This document shows, one piece after another, positions 54,820 to 64,000 of a stretch of DNA of 64,000 bases. The translations under genes and the position numbers were made by a program. This stretch comes from Lama guanicoe (Eukaryota): positions 62,001 to 126,000 of the forward strand of contig MU053645.1 in assembly GCA_013239625.1 (NCBI GenBank), in the 5' to 3' direction. The first letter of the stretch is position 1. Each line of letters opens with the position of its first letter. The notes below the pieces were generated by a model. It saw only the letters and a program-made list of their open reading frames with translations. It was not told the DNA's origin and did no database searches.

Positions 54820-55615
54820 TTTTTTCTGGTTTTATTGAGATATAATCGACTTACAACACTGTATAAGTTTAAGGTATACAGCATAATGATTTACATACAT
54901 ACATCATGAAAGGATTACCACAATAAGTTTAGTTAACATCCATCATCTCAAATAGACACAAAAAATGTGTTTTTCCTTGTGATGAGAACTCTACTGTTAA
55001 CAACATTTATATATAACATATAGCAGTCTAAACTATAGTCATCATGTTGTACATTATATCACCAGTTCTTATTTATTTTATAACTGCAAGTTTGTGTCTT
55101 GTGACCATCTTCATTGAAATCTCCTATACCCACCCACCTCCACTTACAGTAACCACAAATCTGGTCTCTTTTTTCTATAAGTTTGTTTTTTATTCTAAAT
55201 ATAAGTGAAATCATAGAGTATTTGTCTTTTTCTGTCTGTCATAATTCACTGAGCATAATGTCCTCAAGGTCCATCCATGTTATTGCAAATGGCAGGATTT
55301 CCTTTTTTGATATGGCTAATATTCCATTGTATGTATATATACCACAACTTCTTTGTCCATTCATTCATTGGTGGGTGCTTAGGTTGTTTCCATGTTTGGT
55401 TACTGTAAATATTGCTGCTATAAACATAGGGGTGCAGATATGTCTTTGACACAGTGTCTTTGTTTCCTTCAAACATATTCCCAGAAGTGGGATTGCTGGA
55501 TCACATTGTAGTTCTAGTTTTAATTTTTTAAGGAAACTGCATACTATTTTCCATAGTGTTTCTACCAATTACAATCCCAGTAACAGTGCATGAGGATTCC
55601 TTTTTTTCTACATCA
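54820..55615 (-). mobile_element. L1 3' end
   Basis: ORFs 55264-55568 match the ORF2 C-terminus ([21 protein letters not shown]). Confidence 0.9.
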
Positions 55616-57224
55616 GTTGTCTGCTAACCCCTCCACTACCTGGCTGAGGAATCACGATGATGCCTGATTCTGCTTGGTGGGACATGGATTAGCTTCCTGG
55701 CCAGCCCCACAGACACTACCAGGTGGGGAAATTAGAGTGCAGCTGATTCTATGGGATGGGTGTATAGGATAGATAACCCACTTTCTGCTCACCCCACTGA
55801 ACTATGGACAAGGAGTGTGGTTTTATTATTGGTGTTTCATTGGAGTAGGGTGGGTATTATCAAAAAGTTTTTCTGTTGTTAAGCCACTCTTATCCAGAAT
55901 CTGGCCAAAGGAATAGACTTTCCTTGGAATGTTTATTTATTTTTTTTCTATACCTGTTGGTATTTCTAAGTTCACGGATTCTGCAGTGCACTGTCTGGGA
56001 CATATAGGGTGCAATAAGGAAACCAAAGTACCTCACTTGTTGTATTCTTTAGATCCCAAGTTCCTAGCCAGTCTCTGTCTTCTTTCCAACTTTCAGAGTT
56101 TTCTTTGCTTGTTTGCTATGTTATTTCCTAGGTTTTTTAGTTGTAGGTATAAAGGGGGATGATCATCCTCATTAAATCTCTAAATGTGCATGTGCAAAAT
56201 GATATAAAACCAGTTTGCTTATCACTTTTGCTAACATTAAAAATATAAACTTAATACCCTGACTTAAAATATGTAGAAAAAGGTACTCTCTTACTGGTAT
56301 TATACATTGTTACAATGATTTTGTAGTAAATATCATTAAAAGTTTAAAAGTACCTTTCATAGCTATCATTATTATAATTTTAATTTCATTACAATAGATG
56401 TATTTATATATTACCTTTGGCTCTACTCTGTATTAAACTTAGTTAAAGAGAAAAATTAAGATATTTGTATCTGATGGTTGACTTATTTGCATACATGAAA
56501 TGTATTGATTTTAAAATCAGCAGTTTTATTTTTCCAACATTTTTCCCCATTGTTTTTCACTTTTTCCAGTTGAGGTATGCTTTTCACAAATTAAAATTCA
56601 TAAATATTAATTGTACAACTCATTGTCACTTTACATACATAAACACTCCTATAATTACTACACAGTTCAAGATATAGAACACTTTCCCCATTTTTTGGCT
56701 TTTTCAACGTTTTACTCTTGTATTTGTAGAGCTGTATTTTACAGTGCAGTAATACTGTTTAGACACAGCAAAACTCTGTCTCTAGAGTAGTTATAACACA
56801 AATATGACACAGAAAGTGATGGGATAAACATTCCCAAAGAGAGTTTAGTTAGTGACAACTCCAAGTCCCTGTGTCTGCCTACACTTCAAAAGGGGATGAC
56901 ATATTCATCCCTCGTTGGCAACCTCCATGGCAAAAGGCACCATAGGACACGTTTCTAATGAGTAACCTTTTCTAATCAGTAATCAGGCCTCTTGGCCCAA
57001 CAGTTTTTCTGACCTGTATCAACATGGATTAGTTTACTTTGATCTTGAATGTCACATAAATGGAATCATATAGCTTGTATCCTTTTGTGTATGATCTTTT
57101 ACAATAAATATTATATGTTAGATTCATCCATACTGAATTTATTGGTAATTCCTTCTTTTTTTTTTTACTGCTGCATAGCATTCCATTGTATAAATCTAAC
57201 ATATACTTCAAGACAATTGAGGGA

Positions 57225-58290
57225 GTGACTTCATCAAGATGGCAACAAAAGTCATTCCTGACTCAGTCCCCTTCACAAGAAGATCAACTAGCAATTACCC
57301 ATAGATAAGACACCTTTTTGAAAATCACAGAACCTGAAAGTGAGACTGGATCACACTGCTGGACCACAGAGACCAAGAGAAACCACATTAGAAGTGTCAG
57401 GAGAGAAGCTTCACTTTTATTTTATTTTTATTTTTAATTTTTTTTGAGAAGTTTCACTTTGAAGCACGACCCCTCCCTGAGGTCACCACAATGCCACACT
57501 GACAGGGTCCCTTTGGATGTATAGTTTCTCCAGTGGGAATAAGAGAAACCAAAATGAGCATTCAGCTTCCCCAGCATTGTGGGACACTTCTTGGAGGCCC
57601 ACTCAGGTCTCATGTCATGAGGACCACTAGGGGAATCTGTGGAGTTTGACCACTGGGGATCAGATAGAGGGGGAGAAGGGCAGTAGGGCTTACAGCAACC
57701 AGCACTCAGATCTTGGTGGGCCATGTGCCTGCTTGCAGTGGTGCCTTAGCAGAGATCCCAGCCAGAAGTTCTGCCCTTCAGCAGAGTCAAGCCTGTAGCC
57801 CTCTCTAGCCAGGCAGCTCTGTTGGCAGTGCTGCCTGGTTTGTATCCTCAGCCAACAGGTTATACTAGTTGTGGAGCCCATTCTAAGGCTCTGCTCAGGC
57901 AGGGGAGCAAATTTGCAGTCTCGTCTAACTATTAAGCACAACTTCCAGTCCTGCTACTCTGGGAAGCATGGCTACAGATGGCCAGCAGCTGTGGGATACA
58001 TCCTATGACCTGCTTGACAAGAGAGAAAATTTGCAGTTTCACCAAGTTGCTTAGCATAGCCTCCAAATCCCACCCCTCTGGGAAATGTGGTCGCAGACAC
58101 TTGAAAAGTGCAGAACACATCTGATGGCCCACCTGGGCAGGAGCCAAGCCAGCAGCCCTGCCCAGGTTGCCTAAACAGTGACACTGAGCAGACTCAGTGC
58201 ATAGCCTGTCGTATCACCAAGCCAAGAAGCTCAGCCTATACCCCACCCAAAATTGGAGCAAAGCCTATAGCCCTGCCTGATTATTGATAT
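57225..58290 (+). mobile_element. Probable L1 5'UTR remnant
   Basis: Begins with YY1-like caagatggc, relatively GC-rich, resembles L1 5' regions. Confidence 0.5.
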
Positions 58291-58299
58291 GGTCACACT

Positions 58300-61170
58300 A
58301 AGTAGAAATTCCATACTTAATATGTCAGTTTGAGCGGAAAGAGTGACCTTAACAATTTGCTTAGTTGGTTGACTGAAACCAGAACCCAAAGATATCATAT
58401 AGTAAATGAAATCAAGATGCTAGTATTTCCTTAGAACATTGGGGGTGACAGTATCTAAAGATTTAGAGAGTTTGAAAGGATAGAGTAGATTTATCAGTTA
58501 AGACCTCCTTTCAATGCCCCACTATGGCATCCACAGAAGTCCAGAAGACTCTCTCTTTACCAAAGCTGTTAGAAACACAGTCATGAGGGGAGCCTCAGCA
58601 TCACTGAAGGCTCTGTGATGTATAATCTTTCTAGGGCATAAATGAGAATGAGAACCACTGCCATCAAATTGAGCTTCCTGCATTGAAAGGGGATATTTTG
58701 ATCCTGGTTTGGAAGGAGCCAAGTGGTGACATGTACTTACTGAAGACAAGATGAATATGGTTGCCATAATAGGCAGCAGAGCTTAAGCAGTAATAATAAT
58801 TTTCTGATTCACAGTGAGCTTTGGTGTTTACAAGTTGGTTGTGGTGTCCCTAGAACTAAAATAAATGGGCAGCCTACTAAATTCTACTTCATCTGTATAA
58901 ATGCAACAGCTCTCTATCTAAGAAATGGAAATCTGACTTGAATCACTATAACAGAGAGTCACATGCCCTCTTGCACTCAATTCCCATACTTGAGCCACTT
59001 CACAGACTCAATGCCCTGTGAACAAAGGGGAGGCCAGATTTTCTTGAAAAAGGACTCTGCCATCCCGCTAAAATAAATATCGTAAATCTTCATCTGGTCT
59101 TCCCTAAAGGGACTTGCACCCATTTATCAGGGTAACTGCATTGAGGAAGGAGGGAAATATAACTTTTCAGGATTACTAGACATTGACTCTGAAGTAACCT
59201 TAATCCCTGGAGACCCAAAATGTCACTGTGGAGTTTTGACTCAAGTGAGTGACACATCTTCTGCTATCCTGTTGTTATCTCCATTACAGGTTGCATAAGT
59301 GAAATAGACATACTCAGAAACTGAAAGAATTTGCACTTTGGTTTCCTGATCCATAGAATATGAGCTATTACCACAGGAAAGTCCAAGTGAAAAACATTAA
59401 AACTGCCTCTATCTGCCAATATAGGAAACCAAAAGCAATACTGTGATCCTGGAGGAAACTTCCAAAGATTAGCATCACTGTCAAGGACTTCAAATATTCA
59501 GGGAGTGGAGATTCTCATCACATTCCCATTCAGCATTCCTATTTGGCCTGTGCAGGAGAGAGATGGATTTTCAAGAATAACAGTGGATTATTATAAAAGC
59601 AGTCAAATGTTGAATCTAATTGTAGATGCTATTTAAGATGCAGTTTCTTCGCTTGAGAAAAGCAACATATCTCCTGGCACCTGGTGTGAAGATTTTTTTC
59701 CCCTCTGTATTTGGAAATGAAGACCATATGATGCAGTTTGATTTTAGCTGTCAGGCCCAGAAAGTTACCTTCACCATCCTGCCTCAGGGCTATATTAACC
59801 CTCCAGCCTTCTGTCAGAAACTAATTCTTGGGGAGCTTGATCACCTCTCCATACCACAGGAAACTACACTGTCTCATTACATCAATGATATCATGCTGAT
59901 TGAACCTAATGAACAAGATGTTACAACAACCCAAAATACCTTGGTAAGATGAATGAATGCATGTCAGAAAATGGGAAGTAAACCCAACACAAAATTCAGG
60001 GTCTGGCCTCCTTGGTGAATTTTCTAGGGATTCAGAGGTCTAGAGAACATTGAAATATCTTTCCAAGGGGAAGGACAAGTTGCTGCACCTGGCCCATACT
60101 AGTGTGCTTTCTTTTTTTAAAAAAAATTGAAGTTAATTTACAATGTTGTGTTAGTCTCAGGTGTATAGCAAAGTGATTTGGTTATATGTGTGTTTATTTA
60201 TTTTTGCTTTTATTTCTTCTGCCTTAGAAATGTTGCTACAATTTATATCAGAGTGTTCTGTCTATGTTTTCTTCTAGGAGTTTTATGATTTCTGTTCTTA
60301 CATTTAGTTCTTTAATACATTTTGAGTTTATTTTTGTATATGGTAAGAAAAAATATTCTGATATTATTCTTTTATTTTACCTGTAGCTGTCCAGTTTTCC
60401 CAGCACCACTTATTGAAGAGACTGTCTTTTCTCTTGTATATTCTTGCCTCCTTTGTCGTAGACTAATTGACCATAAGCACGTGAGTTTGTTTCTGGACTT
60501 TCTATCCTATTCCACTGATCTATGTGTCTGTTTTTGCATTAGTACCATACTATTTTGGTTACTGAAGCTTTGTAGTACAGTCTGAAGGCAGGGAGCATGA
60601 TTCCTTCAGCTCCCTTCTTTCTCAAGATTGTTTTGGCTATTCAGCATCTTTTGTGTTTCCATACAAATTTTAAAATTATTTGTTGTAGTTCTGTGAAAAA
60701 TGTCATTAATAATTTGTTGGGAATTAAATTGAATCTGTAGATTGCCTTGGGTTAAGTGTGGTCATTTTAATAACATTGATTCTTCCAATCCAAGAACACG
60801 GTATATCTTTCCATCTGTTTGTGTCATATTCAATTTTTTTCATCAGTGTCTTATAGTTTTTGCAGTACAGGTCTTTTGCCTCCTTAGGTAGGTTTATCCC
60901 TAGGTATTTTATTATGGGCTTCTTTTGATTTTTGAAGTCATCACATATATTACTTGGGAGTGCTAATCCTACTCGTTTACTGAATACCCTAAAAAGCTGC
61001 CAGTTCTGAGTGGGGTCCAGACTGAGGAAAAGATCCGCAGTACGCCCAGGCAGCCATATAAGCTGCTCGTCCACTTGGTTAGTATAACCCAGAAGATCTA
61101 GTGACATTTGCAGTGACTGTGGCAAATCAGGATGCTCTGTGGAGCACTTTTCATGCTTCTATAAGTGATA
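58300..61170 (+). mobile_element. ERVL internal region (gag-pro-pol remnant), split by an antisense L1 at ~60110-60915
   Basis: ORF 59626-59952 [17 protein letters not shown]...[11 protein letters not shown] is a class III RT (YIDD decayed to YIND); protease-like LLDIDSEVTLIPGDPK at ~59170-59220. Confidence 0.88.
60110..60915 (-). mobile_element. L1 fragment inserted in ERVL pol
   Basis: [34 protein letters not shown] in ORF 60724-61125. Confidence 0.9.
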
Positions 61171-63351
61171 GTTTGCCCATATTTTCTTCAAAGGCCCATA
61201 GCAAATAGTTTATTTGGGTTGATACTATTCCTCAGATAATTGTGGCATGCTAGCTGCTACACATCCCTCCTCTTTGTTTTTTCTCAGAGGGAACCAATAT
61301 AAAGTTATTCTAACTCTGACAATTTCTTCATTAATATTTTATTTTTCAAAATTAGCAATAAAACTTTTTTAAATGAAGAGGTTAAGGATTTCAAAATTCA
61401 CAGAGGCACATTTGGACAAGTTTCCAGCTTCTTTGTAGCTTCCTTAGTATTTTTCTCTGTGGTAACTACACTTACAAAAATAGAAACTGTTCTGTAGCCC
61501 ATCTCAATCTTTGAGTAACAGAGAAATCAAGTTAGGATATTGACATGCCAGACTGGAAGGTTGTCAGAGAAGTAAAATGTTCTTAAGAATGATTGTTCTG
61601 TATGATCTTAAATGGGCTCCATATAGGTGTGTATGAACTGGCTGATGGCTGGTAGCCCCCAGGTGACTATCTGCATGGGAAAGAAGTAGTCCTGAGCAAG
61701 AGGATTTGTGCACACAATATGTGCAGAGAAAGTGAGATATGAGTGGGAGAGAGGGTGTATATGGTCAGGCCTGGGCAGGGGGGCAAGATGGTTGGTGGGT
61801 ATACTTTAGCTTTGCCCAGGGACTAGATCCATGAGACCAACCTTGTAGAATGATTGGCTATGGGATTCAACTGCAGAGACCATTTCCAAAGTAAGGAGCA
61901 GCACTGTTTCTGTGCTTAGGTAAGAAAGTGTGATAGGGAGTGAGGAAGGGGAAGGGGCTAATAGATCAAATATTTAAACAGGGCCACCTGTAACATTTGA
62001 AATATTTAAAGATTAGGGCCAAGAGTTCAACTGGGGGCCTATATGCTATATATAAAAACATGTGAAAGGTTTGAATCAACTAGTAGACTGTTAAATAAAA
62101 TACCTTCCCATTAACCTGAATAGCCAGGTTCAAATTTGAATAGCTGGTCTATTTTGATGTTTTTCTTATATAGTTTCTTGAAGAAATTTAAAAACAAAGC
62201 TCTCAGTTACAGGTATATGTCAAGAATGGTTAGGTTGTACTCAAGATCACACATCCAGATACCTGTTTCCAGGGCTGTCCTGTGCTAAGTGTATTAATTT
62301 TCTATTGTTACACAACAAATTTCCACTCAAAGAATATATATATGTGTGTATATATAGATATAAAATAACCGTTTCCATATTCTATTGATTATAAGGAAGT
62401 CATTTGTCCTGCTAAATTCCAGGGCAAAGAATTATACAAGAGTGTGAATACTAGAAAGTGGGGCCAGCTTTTGGCCTGTCCACCATGCTTGGACTCCTTA
62501 AAGTTCTGTTCCAGGTGTGTAGGGAGAATTAAGCCCCTAACCTAGGCCCTCCATCCTCATTCCAGGCCCCAGTCTCTCCTCTGCCACTTCTCTACACAAA
62601 CTGAGTTCCATTTGTCACCTCAAGAGGTTTCACATGCATATATGTAGATAATGTAGCTCACTTGCTGTCTGTTCTCAAAATACAGCCATCACCTCTTGGT
62701 CATCTCTCAGTCCTGAGGATATATATATTGGCAGCGAACTCAACTCCCAGAAGCACAGACTCATTGAAGAGGACCATACAGGACTCTTGGGGCTTAGGAC
62801 TTATGGCTATATGAGGTACAAATTCAGGGCCCCAAATATATGGAACATGATTTGAGGTGGAAGGCAAAGTTTTTGTGTGCACATCCCCTTAATCTCACAC
62901 ACTGGACTCTTTGCTGTTTGCAGAGTTGAAGCCCACCCTCCCCAATTAAATTTTCTTCACTCTGTCCACAAGAAGTAGCCACTATCCTAAATAAGTCGTT
63001 TATGATTCTCATACATGACTTTGTGTGCTAACTATGCATGCATAATTCTTATGCATTTCTTTTACTACATGTGTGTTTACCCATAATCAATTTATGGCAA
63101 TTGTTTTGAATGTTTTTAAACTTCACATACAAGGCATCATAAAGTTTGTATACATCTGGAACTAGCTTTTTCCCTTATCTATTTTTTCCACTGCTACTTC
63201 CCAATCTTTGCATCTGGTCTTTCTCTGTGTCTCCATCCCTGAGAATTCTAGTCTCTTTCCCGGGTTAGCTTTTATTGATCTGTTCAACTTACTTGAAACA
63301 GACCCAAGTAAGTGAAGGAAGACTGGTCATAATAAATGTGAAACCTAAACC

Positions 63352-63515
63352 AGCGGTTCTCAAACTTTACTGTGCTTCAGAATCACCTAAAGGACTTATA
63401 AAACTCTGATTCCTAGACCACCTTAAAATTTCCAATCCAGCATGCCTGGTATGGGACCTGAGAATGTGCATTTCTAAGAAGTTCCCCGATGATGCTGATG
63501 CTACTGCTCCAAGTC
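63352..63515. mobile_element. MER5A-like MITE
   Basis: cagcggttctcaaactt...cagaatcacct...gagaatgtgcatttctaagaagttcccc.atgatgctgatgct. Confidence 0.85.
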
Positions 63516-64000
63516 AGCCCAGTACCAGCCTAGCACCATCTGGTCTTGAGGTAAGCTAAGTCATCATTCATCAGGTTCTTTCAATAAAATGCAGTAAGGG
63601 CTAGATTTCCATCCCTCTTCACATACATAGTTTATAACTTGATATTTTAACTAATTGGAGGATGCAATAAAAGAACTTAAAACATGGTTGAAAGTGAATA
63701 GCTGGTTTATTTCAATGGAAGGTGGGCCAAAACAAAAAGAAAGATACAAAGATAGATTTGAATCGGAGTTACTTATCTAAAAAAATCTGCAGCTGATTCA
63801 TTTTAAACAAACGTTTATTTTTAACTTGAACAAACGTTGTCAGATATATATGAAGAAAGACAAAAACCAAGTATCAGTGGATGTTACTTTTTGGGTGATG
63901 AACTCCTGGACAAGCTAGTGTTGATGAAATTTCCCATGCACTACTGAATTTCAAAACATCTCAAATCCGTGAAGAACACTGTTTCTCTTTCATCCATGTC

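Noticed and set aside
59626..59952. Reverse transcriptase ORF as a functional or novel RT system
   Set aside because: Short ERVL pol remnant with catalytic YIDD changed to YIND, surrounded by stops and split by an L1

Overview
AT-rich, repeat-dense mammalian DNA, probably a camelid X chromosome (inferred from a Vic-1-like tRNA SINE, the L1 3' ends and the gene identity). There is one protein-coding gene, PWWP3B (MUM1L1): a 694-aa intronless ORF on the minus strand (7818-9902). Much of the window is transposon debris (L1 of several ages, Tigger1, MER5A, MLT1, MIR/L2, an ERV1-type solo LTR, an ERVL internal region). The main unexplained structure is upstream of PWWP3B: an old tandem array of a ~4-6 kb non-coding cassette. 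It has three nearly complete copies (~9.95-14.0, ~23.8-28.5, ~29.9-35.2 kb) and two degenerate ones (~39.1-39.4, ~42.0-44.4 kb). Each complete copy carries a GC-box promoter with a first exon and splice donor, a YY1/ACTACA module and further 5'UTR exon(s), all oriented towards the CDS. The cassette backbones are strongly diverged, but the promoter/exon patches are near-identical between changing pairs of copies, which suggests gene conversion. The coding sequence appears to sit inside copy 1 as an insertion that the other copies lack. All alignments and repeat calls were made by eye; boundaries are approximate unless TSDs or splice sites are quoted.
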